Assembly (NCBI GenBank): GCA_028692655.1
Contig: JAQUWY010000002.1
Location: 34,851-98,850 of the forward strand
DNA: 64,000 nt
Origin: Candidatus Omnitrophota bacterium
GTDB taxonomy: Bacteria; Omnitrophota; Gorgyraeia; Duberdicusellales; 4484-171
Direction: 5' to 3'
Shown here piece by piece: positions 32,399-42,023 of this stretch. A program made the translations under genes and the position numbers. The notes under the pieces were generated by a model. That model had not been told where the DNA came from and did not search any database. It saw only the letters and a program-made list of their open reading frames with translations. How positions within the stretch are numbered: the first letter of the stretch is position 1; each line of letters opens with the position of its first letter.

Positions 32399-33490
32399 AT
32401 GGGATATAAAGTAACGTTATTACCGGGAGACGGCATAGGGCCGGAAGTAACAGAGGCTGCAGTTGCTTGTTTAGAGGCTTTGGGCCTTGATATTGAATGG
32501 GAGCGCAAACCTGCCGGGGAAAGTGCTCTTGGGAAATACGGTTCATTGTTGCCGGAAGAAACCATTGAGGCTATATCAAGGAATAAAGTAGCCCTGAAAG
32601 GGCCGATTACCACCCCTGTGGGAGGAGGGTTTCGTTCAATCAATGTAGCGATACGTCAGTTATTTAATTTATATGTTTGTCTTAGGCCTATAAAGTCTTT
32701 TAATATTCCCGGAGCCTTGTATAAAGACATTGATATGGTAATTGTGCGGGAAAATACAGAAGATCTTTATGCGGGAGTGGAATTTGCCGCCGAAACACCT
32801 GAAGCAGATGCGATAATCGAAAAAATAAATGAATTATCAAAGAAGAAAGTGCGCCGGGGGAGTGCTATATCTATAAAACCAATGTCGGCTTTTGCCTGTG
32901 AAAGAATAGCCAGGTTTGCTTTTGAGTATGCCCTAAAAAATAAACGCAGGAAAGTGACTTGTGTCCATAAAGCCAATATAATGAAATATACGGACGGCTT
33001 ATTTATGAAAAGTTTTTATGAGGCAGCAAAAAAATTTGAAGGCAAAATCATTGCCCAAGATTGCATTGTTGATAATTTATCTATGCAGCTTGTCAGGCAC
33101 CCGCAAAATTTTGACGTTCTGCTCCTGCCTAATCTTTATGGAGATATAATTTCTGATTTAGGGGCAGGGCTTGTAGGCGGATTAGGGCTGACAGCCGGGG
33201 CTAATATAGGAGACCAGATAGCTGTATTTGAACCTACCCATGGTAGTGCTCCCAAATATGCCGGAAAAAATAAAGTCAATCCTGCAGCGACAATTCTTTC
33301 AGCGGCTCTCATGGTTGAATTTTTAGGTGAGAAAGAAAAAGCGAAAATTCTTTGGCAGGCTGTTAAGGATGTAGTTGAGGCCGGAGAGTCCGTTACTTAT
33401 GACTTGAAAGCTGACCGCAATGATCCTTTGGCTGTAGGTACTAAAGAGATTACCAAAGCTATTATTTCAAGAATTAAAGAACTTTGCTAA
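32399..33490 (+). CDS. isopropylmalate/isocitrate dehydrogenase family beta-decarboxylating dehydrogenase (LeuB-like)
   Basis: 363 aa. LLPGDGIGPEV, NLYVCLRP, and the ENTEDLYAG motifs. Substrate (IPM, homoisocitrate or isocitrate) cannot be decided from sequence alone. Confidence 0.85.
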   Translation: MGYKVTLLPGDGIGPEVTEAAVACLEALGLDIEWERKPAGESALGKYGSLLPEETIEAISRNKVALKGPITTPVGGGFRSINVAIRQLFNLYVCLRPIKSFNIPGALYKDIDMVIVRENTEDLYAGVEFAAETPEADAIIEKINELSKKKVRRGSAISIKPMSAFACERIARFAFEYALKNKRRKVTCVHKANIMKYTDGLFMKSFYEAAKKFEGKIIAQDCIVDNLSMQLVRHPQNFDVLLLPNLYGDIISDLGAGLVGGLGLTAGANIGDQIAVFEPTHGSAPKYAGKNKVNPAATILSAALMVEFLGEKEKAKILWQAVKDVVEAGESVTYDLKADRNDPLAVGTKEITKAIISRIKELC

Positions 33491-33500
33491 GTTAAAAGAT

Positions 33501-34418
33501 ATGGTTAAAAAAGTTTCTATAATAGGAGCCGGCGCAGTTGGCTCAACGTTGGCTTACAATCTTCTCAATCGCCTGAAATTGCAAGAGCTTGTTTTGATAG
33601 ATATTTATCCGGGGCTTGCCTGCGGAATTGCGCTGGATTTAGAAGATACCCGGGGAATATTAAATTTTTCTACCAATATAATCGGCAGCGAGAATTATTC
33701 AGACATAAAGGGTTCGGATATTGTAGTATTAACTGCCGGAGTTGCCCGCAAGCAGGGCATGAGCCGGGCTGATCTTTTTAAAACTAACTCTAAAGTCGCC
33801 GTTGAAGCTTCTCGGCAGATAAAGAAGCTCGCAGCATCAGCCATAGTTATTACCGTTACCAACCCTTTGGATGTCATAACTTGTATTGTTAATCGTCAGA
33901 CTAAATTTGACCGTAAGCGAGTTATTGGCATGGGGGCGTTGCTTGATACCAGCCGGCTTCTTAATATTATTTATAAATCATGCAGGATACTGCCTTCGAG
34001 CGTAGATGCTTTTGTTTACGGTTTGCACAATAAAGATATGATTGTTTCTACCGCAAAGATGAGTATTAAAGGCCAGAAACTCGATAAGTTTATGTCAAAG
34101 CAGTCTATTAGCCAGGTGCCTCAAAAGGTGCAGTTAAGAGGCGCTGAAATTGTAAAGAACCTAAAGACCAGGAGCGCTAGTTTTGCTCCGGCTTTGTCCT
34201 GTTCGGTTCTCATTGAAGCCATAGCTTTTGATAAAAGTGAGATTATGCCGGTTTCTGTATTACTCAGTGGTGAATATGGCCTTAAGGGGGTTTGCATGGG
34301 GGTTCCTTGTGTAATTAACGCTAAGGGCGCTGATTCGATAATAGAAATGCCCCTTAGCGCCGGTGAAAAGAAGGCGATAATAAAAGTTAATAAATTTTTC
34401 CAGGAATGTATGATTTAG
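33501..34418 (+). CDS. L-lactate/malate dehydrogenase family NAD-dependent dehydrogenase
   Basis: 305 aa. N-terminal Rossmann IIGAGAVGSTLAY and the LDH/MDH family core. Confidence 0.85.
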   Translation: MVKKVSIIGAGAVGSTLAYNLLNRLKLQELVLIDIYPGLACGIALDLEDTRGILNFSTNIIGSENYSDIKGSDIVVLTAGVARKQGMSRADLFKTNSKVAVEASRQIKKLAASAIVITVTNPLDVITCIVNRQTKFDRKRVIGMGALLDTSRLLNIIYKSCRILPSSVDAFVYGLHNKDMIVSTAKMSIKGQKLDKFMSKQSISQVPQKVQLRGAEIVKNLKTRSASFAPALSCSVLIEAIAFDKSEIMPVSVLLSGEYGLKGVCMGVPCVINAKGADSIIEMPLSAGEKKAIIKVNKFFQECMI

Positions 34419-35638
34419 CTATAATCGGTGCTGGAGCTGCTGGTATAGAGAGTGCAAAAGCGGCTCTTGCCGGCGGCCTAAAAGTTTTACTGGTTGAACA
34501 AAGCCAGGCTTCTTTCGGAGGGACCTGCCTTAACCAGGGATGCATACCCGCGAAATTTTTCCTGAACTCTGTTAAATCCAATCAAACTTGGGATAAGATA
34601 TTCCCGCGTCAATCAGAGATCATTACTTCAATAAAAGAGCCTCTCGTAAAATCTTTACAGGCCGGCGGCCTAGATATTGTCTGGGGTAAAGCAAAATTTT
34701 TTAGCCCCAAAGTTTTAGATGTAGAAGGCATCAAATATGAAGCCGCTAACGTTATAGTTGCCAGCGGTTCTCTTCCCAGGGAAGTTCTCAAACACCCCAA
34801 GGCGATATTTGCACAGGATTTGTTTTCCCGTAAAGAAATACCCGAAAGCTTTCTTATAATAGGAGCCGGTTATATCGGTATCGAGTTTGCCAGTTTGCTC
34901 AAAGGATTAAACAAGAAAGTGCACGTTATAGAAAAAGAAGAAGCTATCTTGCCGTCTTTTGACAGTTTATTGGTAAAGCGCCTTCGGGCGATATTGAACC
35001 GGCAGGGAATTACAATCGAGACCTGCAAAGATTTTTCTCAGTGCGGCATGGATGGCTTTGACATGGCAGTTATTGCTGCCGGCCGATGCCCTAATACTAC
35101 AAGCCTTGGCCTTGAAGAGGCTGGTATAGAAGTTGATTCCCGGGGCTGGGTTAAGACTAATAGCAGCCTCGAGACTAATGTTGCCGGGGTGTATGCTTGT
35201 GGGGATGTGACAGGAAAAAAAATGCTTGCCTATACTGCTCAGCGCCAGGCAGGTATTTGTGTAAATAACATTCTGGGGCTTAAAAAGAAAGAGGATTACA
35301 AGGGTGTTCCGGAATGTGTATTTTCGGTTCCTTCCATGGCTCAAGTAGGAGTGTTGCCTCAGGATGCAGCAAAACTTAATATAAAACACCAGATTTTTAA
35401 GTCAAATTTTTTAAAATTTTCTTCCGCTTACGTGCAAGAGGATAAAGACGGCTTTATCGAGATAGTCGCTGATACCAAAGGAAAAATAATCGGAGCCGGA
35501 ATAATTTCCAAGGCAGCAGCTGAATTGATAAGCCTGTTATCTTTGTGCGTGCTTAATGAGATTGACGTAAAAAAATTAAGGAGCTCTCTTTTTATCCACC
35601 CAACCCTTTCAGAAATTATTCCTCAGGTATTGCTTTGA
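34406..35638 (+). CDS. class I pyridine nucleotide-disulfide oxidoreductase (compact dihydrolipoamide dehydrogenase/E3-like)
   Basis: 410 aa. FAD GxGxxG (IIGAGAAG), redox-active GGTCLNQGCIPAK disulfide, a second Rossmann domain, and C-terminal HPTLSE His-Glu motif. Confidence 0.8.
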   Translation: MYDLAIIGAGAAGIESAKAALAGGLKVLLVEQSQASFGGTCLNQGCIPAKFFLNSVKSNQTWDKIFPRQSEIITSIKEPLVKSLQAGGLDIVWGKAKFFSPKVLDVEGIKYEAANVIVASGSLPREVLKHPKAIFAQDLFSRKEIPESFLIIGAGYIGIEFASLLKGLNKKVHVIEKEEAILPSFDSLLVKRLRAILNRQGITIETCKDFSQCGMDGFDMAVIAAGRCPNTTSLGLEEAGIEVDSRGWVKTNSSLETNVAGVYACGDVTGKKMLAYTAQRQAGICVNNILGLKKKEDYKGVPECVFSVPSMAQVGVLPQDAAKLNIKHQIFKSNFLKFSSAYVQEDKDGFIEIVADTKGKIIGAGIISKAAAELISLLSLCVLNEIDVKKLRSSLFIHPTLSEIIPQVLL

Positions 35639-35645
35639 ATAAACC

Positions 35646-35680
35646 CTGTTAAAAAACTTCGTTCTTTAACAGTTTGAGTT
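35646..35680 (+). terminator. weak hairpin after E3-like gene
   Basis: CTGTTAAA (35646-35653) pairs with TTTAACAG (35665-35672), followed by TTT. Not a strong terminator. Confidence 0.3.
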
Positions 35681-35788
35681 GATGACGGCTTTAAGAGGCA
35701 ATAACCGCCGATTAAAATTTGTGGTTTTTTCTAACGGGGTAAATAAAAAAGTTGTCATAAGATTTTTTTTTTGCTAAAATAGCGTTCA

Positions 35789-36508
35789 ATGAAGTTGAAG
35801 CTGTTTCTTTTAGTCTTGCTATTAATGCCGCTTTGTTCCTTCTCAGCGGTAAAAGACGAGTATTTAGTTGGTTTAGGCAATACCTATCTGGACAAAGGCA
35901 TGCTGGATAAGGCTAGGCTTGAATTCACTCAGGCTCTCTCGGCCAATCCTTCTAACCAGGAGGCAAAAGCCGCTCTGGAAGGTATGCCGGAGATACCTAA
36001 AGAGGAAGGCCTTATAAGTAGTTTTAGTTTTTTGGGCGGTTTTATAGAGGAAGAAAATAAATATGAGGATCATTACAAGGGAATACCGCTGTTTTTTTCT
36101 TTTGGTTTTGACGCTAAACCTTTCTTTTCTAAAATAGGCCTGCATACTAAAGGCAGGCTTGAATTTGTTCTGGAGCCTTTTGTTAATGCTATGTTTGAAC
36201 CCAAAGCAAACGTGGAGCTTGGTTCGAATTTTCTTATAGAATACGCTTTTCCCTTAACTAAAAAGTTTCAGCCTTATATAAAAGGCGGGCTGGGAGTTGC
36301 CTGGATGAGCCAGCATATAGAGGAGCAGGCTACTCAGTATAATTTTCTTCCCCAAGGAGCTTTGGGGTTTCACTACCTGATAAAGGATAATGTTGCTCTG
36401 AGTTGTGAATTTCGCCACCGGCACCTTTCCAATGCCGGGATAAAGGATCCCAATAAAGGCGTTGATGCCAGCTTATATCTGGCAGGATTTACCTTTTATT
36501 TCAAATGA
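35789..36508 (+). CDS. pagL: outer-membrane lipid A 3-O-deacylase (PagL-like) with TPR-like N-terminal extension
   Basis: Signal peptide MKLKLFLLVLLLMPLCSFSA. The C-terminal half aligns by eye to P. aeruginosa PagL: GGLGVAWMS resembles EAGIGVAAFS, and HRHLSNAGIKDPNKGVD resembles HYSNAGLKQPNDGIE (catalytic His/Ser). The N-terminal ~70 aa is TPR-like. Confidence 0.55.
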   Translation: MKLKLFLLVLLLMPLCSFSAVKDEYLVGLGNTYLDKGMLDKARLEFTQALSANPSNQEAKAALEGMPEIPKEEGLISSFSFLGGFIEEENKYEDHYKGIPLFFSFGFDAKPFFSKIGLHTKGRLEFVLEPFVNAMFEPKANVELGSNFLIEYAFPLTKKFQPYIKGGLGVAWMSQHIEEQATQYNFLPQGALGFHYLIKDNVALSCEFRHRHLSNAGIKDPNKGVDASLYLAGFTFYFK

Positions 36509-36975
36509 TCAGAAAAGCACATATAGATGATTGCGAACAGATTTATAATCTGATCAACACGTCTGCCAATGAAGGCAAGCTCTTGAAGCGCTCGTTGAAT
36601 CATATCTATGAACATCTAAGAGACTTTTGGGTCTATGTTGAAAGAGGTAAGGTGATTGCTTGTTGCGGCCTGGGCATTGTGGGCTGGCAGGGTTTAGGGG
36701 AAATAAAATCCCTGGCGGTTAAGAAGAAATTTCAAAAAAAAGGTATAGGGTTGCAGCTTGTTAAAAAATGTATTGAAGAAGCCTCCGTTTTAAAGTTGAG
36801 CGGGGTATTCGCGCTTACTTTTGTGCCCGGCTTCTTTAGAAAATTAAAATTCAAGGCAATAAACAGGGATAAGTTACCTCATAAAATATGGAGTGATTGC
36901 GTGCATTGTATTTATTTTCCCGATTGCCGCGAGGAAGCGGTATTTTTGAAGTTATCTGCATCTAAGGATACTTAA
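36505..36975 (+). CDS. GNAT family N-acetyltransferase
   Basis: 156 aa. Acetyl-CoA binding motif A (FQKKGIGLQLV). Overlaps the upstream gene by 4 nt. Confidence 0.75.
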   Translation: MIRKAHIDDCEQIYNLINTSANEGKLLKRSLNHIYEHLRDFWVYVERGKVIACCGLGIVGWQGLGEIKSLAVKKKFQKKGIGLQLVKKCIEEASVLKLSGVFALTFVPGFFRKLKFKAINRDKLPHKIWSDCVHCIYFPDCREEAVFLKLSASKDT

Positions 36976-36999
36976 TTAAAAAATTGAAGGAGGCTGATT

Positions 37000-38163
37000 A
37001 TGTTTTTAGTTGATTACCCTCTTACGGAAGAGCAGAAAATGCTAAGAGAGCTTTGCCGGCAAATAGCCGAAGAAAAAATACGCCCTTTTTCCCGTGAGCT
37101 CGATGAGAAGGAGGAGTTTCCTTCTGAGATAATAAAGACTCTGGGGAAATCTGACTTATTTTCTTTGTGTATACCCCAGAATTACGGCGGCATGGGCAGC
37201 GGGCTGATGGATTTATGTATTGCCACTGAAGAAATTTCCCGGGTTGACGGAGGGGTGGCTACTTCTTATGCCGCTTCCTTTTTGGGTATGTTTCCCATAC
37301 TGCTTTTCGGCACCGAAGAACAAAAAAAGAAATATCTGCCGGATATAGCTTCCGGAAAAAAATTAACTGCTTTTGCGCTTACAGAACCCGAGGCCGGCTC
37401 AGACGCCTCAGCCGTAAAGACTACCGCGCGCAAGGAAGGCGACTATTATATTTTAAACGGAACAAAGCACTTTATAACCAACGGAGGCGATGCCGAGATT
37501 TATACCGTTATAGCGGTTACCAATAAAGACAAGGGGCCAAGGGGTATCTCCGGATTTATCGTAGAAAAAGGGACACAAGGCTTTAGCTTTGGAAAGAAAG
37601 AAGAAAAGCTGGGCATAAGAGCTTCATCTACGGGAGAGTTGATTTTTAATGAAGTGAAAGTTTCCAAAGATAATATTTTAGGCGGTAAGGAAGGCCTTGG
37701 TTTTATAGCGACCATGAAGACCTTTGACCAATCTCGCCCGGGAGTTGCTGCCCAGGCTGTGGGGATAGCTCAAGGGGCGTTAGAGCTTGCTACCAGATAT
37801 TCCCATCAGCGTGTGCAATTCGGCAAGTCTATAAGTTCATTTCAGGGGATACAATGGATGTTGGCTGATATGGCTACTAAAGTAGAGGCGGCTCGCAGCC
37901 TTGTTTATAGTGTAGCTTCTATGGTAGACAGGGGCAAGAAAGACGTAGGGGCGGCCTCTGCCGCAGCTAAATTGTTTGCTTCGGAGGTAGCCATGGAAGT
38001 AACAACTAACGCGGTGCAAATATATGGCGGTTATGGGTATATGCGTGATTATCCGGTAGAGAAATTTATGCGGGATGCTAAGATAACTCAGATTTACGAG
38101 GGCACGAACCAAATTCAGAAAAGCATTGTCGCTCTTAATCTTATAAAAAAATACGCAAAATAA
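37000..38163 (+). CDS. acyl-CoA dehydrogenase (short/butyryl-chain type)
   Basis: 387 aa. [12 protein letters not shown], the catalytic-base region [32 protein letters not shown], and an AGGAGG RBS. Confidence 0.88.
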   Translation: MFLVDYPLTEEQKMLRELCRQIAEEKIRPFSRELDEKEEFPSEIIKTLGKSDLFSLCIPQNYGGMGSGLMDLCIATEEISRVDGGVATSYAASFLGMFPILLFGTEEQKKKYLPDIASGKKLTAFALTEPEAGSDASAVKTTARKEGDYYILNGTKHFITNGGDAEIYTVIAVTNKDKGPRGISGFIVEKGTQGFSFGKKEEKLGIRASSTGELIFNEVKVSKDNILGGKEGLGFIATMKTFDQSRPGVAAQAVGIAQGALELATRYSHQRVQFGKSISSFQGIQWMLADMATKVEAARSLVYSVASMVDRGKKDVGAASAAAKLFASEVAMEVTTNAVQIYGGYGYMRDYPVEKFMRDAKITQIYEGTNQIQKSIVALNLIKKYAK

Positions 38164-38191
38164 TAAACCAGAACCTTTCTTAAGGCCATTG

Positions 38192-38234
38192 AATCCCTAA
38201 CTCGTTTTGTGATATAGAGTTAGGGATTTTTTTG
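38192..38234 (+). terminator. rho-independent terminator after acyl-CoA dehydrogenase
   Basis: Perfect 12-bp stem AATCCCTAACTC / GAGTTAGGGATT with a 13-nt loop, followed by a T7 run. Confidence 0.65.
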
Positions 38235-38265
38235 TATAAGGAGCTTCGGGATTTTAATCTCCTGC

Positions 38266-38294
38266 TTGACAATCTTGGCAATTCTGTTGATAAT
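38266..38294 (+). promoter_or_regulatory. sigma70-like promoter upstream of aroK
   Basis: TTGACA (38266-38271), a 17-nt spacer, then GATAAT (38289-38294). About 55 nt upstream of the aroK ATG. Confidence 0.4.
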
Positions 38295-38349
38295 ACTATT
38301 ATTTGTGTCTTAAAAATCCTTTAGAATAGATAACCTTTGTTAAAAGCAT

Positions 38350-38865
38350 ATGAAAAATATATACATAACCGGGTTTATGGGCACAGGAAAGACTACCGTA
38401 GCTTCTATTCTTGCCAGGCGGCTGTCCAAAGATTTCCTGGAAATGGATGAAGTTATAGAGAAGCGCCATGGTAAGAAGATTTCCGAAATCTTTGCCGAAG
38501 AAGGTGAAGAGATTTTTCGTGGCCTTGAGCATAAACTTTTGGAAGAAGTTTCCGGCAAAACAGATCTTTTAGTAAGCTGCGGTGGAGGGCTTATATGCAG
38601 AAAAAATAATTTAAAGCTCCTGAAAGATTCAGGGATAACAGTTTCTCTTAAAGCTTCTCCGGCAATTATTTATGAAAGGGTTAAAAAATATACTCATCGG
38701 CCGCTTCTCGATGTTCCCGATCCGCTTTCCCGTATAAAGGACTTGCTTGCTAAGCGGCAGGTTTATTATGAGCTTGCCGATTATGTTATCGATACTGACG
38801 GCCGCTTGCCTAAAGAAGTAGCCAAAGATATAGAAAATGCCTTAAGAAAAGAAGGCTTATTGTAA
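38350..38865 (+). CDS. aroK: shikimate kinase
   Basis: 171 aa. P-loop GFMGTGKTT and the shikimate kinase fold. Confidence 0.88.
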   Translation: MKNIYITGFMGTGKTTVASILARRLSKDFLEMDEVIEKRHGKKISEIFAEEGEEIFRGLEHKLLEEVSGKTDLLVSCGGGLICRKNNLKLLKDSGITVSLKASPAIIYERVKKYTHRPLLDVPDPLSRIKDLLAKRQVYYELADYVIDTDGRLPKEVAKDIENALRKEGLL

Positions 38866-38914
38866 TGAAACTTTTTGAAATGCGGGGCTAAGATATTGTT
38901 TTAAGTGGCGGGAT

Positions 38915-40006
38915 ATGGTAAGAAAAGGTTTTTTACTGCTCAATTTTTTAGGGCTGAGTTTTAAGAAATACGAAAAAGTTGTTAGTTATTTCGAAGATAT
39001 CGATGAAGTTTTTACCGCCTCTGAAGGAGGCCTTTTAGCAACCGGAGTTTTTACTGAAGCTGACATCAAGAAAATATCCCTTATTAAGCGGGATGGACTC
39101 TTGGAGAAGGAAATAGAGTTGATTGCCGCAGGCGGTTTTGATTGCCTTGATGTGCTGGATAAGGATTATCCGCAACTGCTTAGGCAGATAGATAATCCGC
39201 CTTTAGTCCTTTATGTAAGAGGTGACCGCCGGATTCTCGGCCAAGAGATACTGGCGATTGTGGGCAGCAGGCTTGCTACTGTTTACGGTATTTCTGTGGC
39301 AGAAGAATTTTCCGGGCGGTTGGCTAGTTTAGGTTTTGTAATTGCATCGGGCCTGGCCAGGGGCATAGATACGGCGGCACACAAAGGTGCGCTTTCCGGC
39401 GGTAAGACAATAGCGGTTTTAGGCAGCGGCCTCCTAAGGCTTTACCCTCGGGAAAATGAACGGCTTGCTGAGAATATCAGCCGCAGCGGAGCGATTATTT
39501 CGGAATTTCCTTTAAACACGCCGCCCTTAAAAGAAAATTTTCCCCGGCGCAACAGGGTGGTGAGCGGTATATCAAAAGGTGTGTTAGTGGTAGAAGCAGC
39601 TGTAAAAAGCGGGGCTCTTATAACGGCCCGTTTAGCCCTGGAGCAGAATCGAGAAGTTTTTGCTATACCCGGGAATATCGATTCTTTTTTAAGCCAGGGG
39701 ACTAACAAACTAATTAAAGATGGAGCTTGTTTAGTTGAGAGCTTTGAAGATATTTTAGGAGAGCTGCCGCTTGAGGTTAAAAAAATAGTTTCGCTTACTT
39801 TGTCGGAACTTGGCCCGGGAGAAAGAGAAGTTTTAGATATTATCAGGCACAGGCCTTCGGCGGCTTTGGAAGAAATAGCCCAGGAGAGCGGGTTAAACTA
39901 TTCTTCTTTTGGCCGGATTGTTCTGGATTTGCAGCTCAAAGGCTTAATACGTGAATTTCGCCCGGGTTTTTTTATGAGTACGGCTTTGGGAAAAGAAGTA
40001 TCTTAG
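38915..40006 (+). CDS. dprA: DNA processing protein DprA (Smf)
   Basis: 363 aa. Rossmann-like DprA core (GSRLAT..G; GIDTAAH; LGSGL) and a C-terminal winged-helix domain. Confidence 0.85.
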   Translation: MVRKGFLLLNFLGLSFKKYEKVVSYFEDIDEVFTASEGGLLATGVFTEADIKKISLIKRDGLLEKEIELIAAGGFDCLDVLDKDYPQLLRQIDNPPLVLYVRGDRRILGQEILAIVGSRLATVYGISVAEEFSGRLASLGFVIASGLARGIDTAAHKGALSGGKTIAVLGSGLLRLYPRENERLAENISRSGAIISEFPLNTPPLKENFPRRNRVVSGISKGVLVVEAAVKSGALITARLALEQNREVFAIPGNIDSFLSQGTNKLIKDGACLVESFEDILGELPLEVKKIVSLTLSELGPGEREVLDIIRHRPSAALEEIAQESGLNYSSFGRIVLDLQLKGLIREFRPGFFMSTALGKEVS

Positions 40007-40015
40007 GATAGGCTT

Positions 40016-41977
40016 ATGTCAAAATATTTAGTAATCGTTGAGTCTCCCACTAAAGCAAAAACAATTTCCTCTATACTTGGAAAAGATTACGAGGTGGTTT
40101 CTTCAATGGGCCATGTTGTAGATCTTCCGGCAAGGCGTATATCGGTAGACGTAGACAATGATTTTGAACCGGTTTTTAAAGTTATTCCGGGAAAAGAAAA
40201 GGTAATCCAGCAGCTAAAAAAGAAAGCTAAAAAGAAAGAAATAATTTATCTTGCCACTGACCCCGACCGGGAAGGAGAGGCGATAAGCTGGCACATAAAA
40301 GAGCAATTGGCATCAAAAAAAAATAACTTTCAGCGTGTTGCTTTCCATGAGATTACCGATGAAGCTTTGCACCAGGCTTTCAGGCATCCCGCAAAAATTG
40401 ATATGGATAGAGTAAATTCTCAGATTGCCCGAAGAGTCTTAGACAGGGTGGTTGGGTATAAACTCTCACCCCTCTTATGGAAAAAAATTGTCAGGGGCCT
40501 TTCGGCCGGAAGAGTGCAATCTATTGCGTTAAAGTTTATAGTAGAGAGAGAAAAAGAAATAACGGCCTTTACGCCTAAAACTACCTTTTCTATAGAAGCG
40601 AAATTCAAATATAACAATCAAATTTTTAGAGCGGTCTTAACTAAGCATAAAGGCAAAAAAATAATTTTTGATGATAAAAATAAAACTCTTGAGTGCATTG
40701 AAGATATCCGCCGGGAGTCTTTTTTAGTCAATTCCGTCATTAAAAGGGAGAGTTTGCGTAGGCCGCCGCCGCCGCATATCACCTCTTTACTCCAACAGGA
40801 TTCATTCAGTAAGTTAAGGTTTTCGGCACAAAAGACCATGCTTCTGGCCCAGAAATTATATGAAGGTGTACAGATGGGGGAAAAGATGGTTGGCTTTATA
40901 ACATATATGCGGACTGATTCTTTTCATGTTAACCCGAAAGCGAAGAAGGATGCTAAGGATTTTATCGAACAGCGCTTTGGAGAAGAATATGTGGCGCAAA
41001 AAGAATATCGTCATAAGAAGGCGAAAGGAGCTCAGCTGGCTCATGAGGCAATACGCCCAACAAGCATTTTCCGCAGCCCTGAGGATGTGCGGGACTTTAT
41101 TTCTGATGATGAATTACGTCTTTATGAATTAATCTGGAGAAGGTTTACCGCTGCTTTTATGAAAGAAGCCCGCTATGAAAGTACCCGGGTGCAAATAAAT
41201 TCCAAACACACAGAATTTCAGGCTAACGGGAAAAAACTTCTTTTTCCCGGATATCTTAAAGCTTTGGAAGAGGTGCAAGAAGAGAGCGTTTTACCGGTAT
41301 TAGCCAAGGGCGCGGTGGTTGAGCTGGAATCGCTGGAGGCAGTTGAACATATCAGTAAGCCGCCTTTTCGCTATAATGACGCTTCTTTAGTGCGTTTATT
41401 GGAAGAGAAAGGTATTGGCCGGCCTTCGACCTATGCGCCGATAATCTACACGCTTATAAAACGCCACTATATACGTAAAGATAAGAGGGCATTTGTTCCA
41501 ACGGATTTGGGTATTAAAGTGAGTGACCTTCTAGTTTCTTTTTTCCCTAAAGTCATGGATGAAGGTTTTACCGCTTCTATGGAAGAAAAACTCGATGAAG
41601 TCGAAAAAGGAAAGGCCGAGTGGAATAAACTTTTACATGATTTTTATCCTTCTTTTTCCAAGAGTGTTGAACTGACTATGCTTAAAGCTAAGAAGGAGTT
41701 TGATTTTTCCGAAAAAACATGCCCTCAATGCAAGGGCAGGCTGGTGGTAAAGTGGTCAAGGAAGGGCAGGTTCCTAAGCTGTGAACATTTTCCTACCTGC
41801 AAATATGCTGAAAGTATAACTACGGGGATTATTTGCCCGGGCTGCCGAAAAGGAGAGCTTATTGAGCGAAGAAACCGGCGGGGCCAGAACTTTTATGGTT
41901 GCAGCAAATTCCCGGAATGTACTTATACTTCCCGCAGCCTTCCTGATGACAGCAAAGAAGCAGAAGCTGAAGCTTGA
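40016..41977 (+). CDS. topA: DNA topoisomerase I with C-terminal C4 zinc ribbons
   Basis: 653 aa. TOPRIM LVIVESPTKAKTI. Active-site Tyr region plus two or three CxxC...CxxC zinc fingers at the C-terminus. Confidence 0.93.
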   Translation: MSKYLVIVESPTKAKTISSILGKDYEVVSSMGHVVDLPARRISVDVDNDFEPVFKVIPGKEKVIQQLKKKAKKKEIIYLATDPDREGEAISWHIKEQLASKKNNFQRVAFHEITDEALHQAFRHPAKIDMDRVNSQIARRVLDRVVGYKLSPLLWKKIVRGLSAGRVQSIALKFIVEREKEITAFTPKTTFSIEAKFKYNNQIFRAVLTKHKGKKIIFDDKNKTLECIEDIRRESFLVNSVIKRESLRRPPPPHITSLLQQDSFSKLRFSAQKTMLLAQKLYEGVQMGEKMVGFITYMRTDSFHVNPKAKKDAKDFIEQRFGEEYVAQKEYRHKKAKGAQLAHEAIRPTSIFRSPEDVRDFISDDELRLYELIWRRFTAAFMKEARYESTRVQINSKHTEFQANGKKLLFPGYLKALEEVQEESVLPVLAKGAVVELESLEAVEHISKPPFRYNDASLVRLLEEKGIGRPSTYAPIIYTLIKRHYIRKDKRAFVPTDLGIKVSDLLVSFFPKVMDEGFTASMEEKLDEVEKGKAEWNKLLHDFYPSFSKSVELTMLKAKKEFDFSEKTCPQCKGRLVVKWSRKGRFLSCEHFPTCKYAESITTGIICPGCRKGELIERRNRRGQNFYGCSKFPECTYTSRSLPDDSKEAEAEA

Positions 41978-42023
41978 TAATTTTCCGAAACCAAATATTG
42001 CAAAAATATAAACCCATCAAAAT

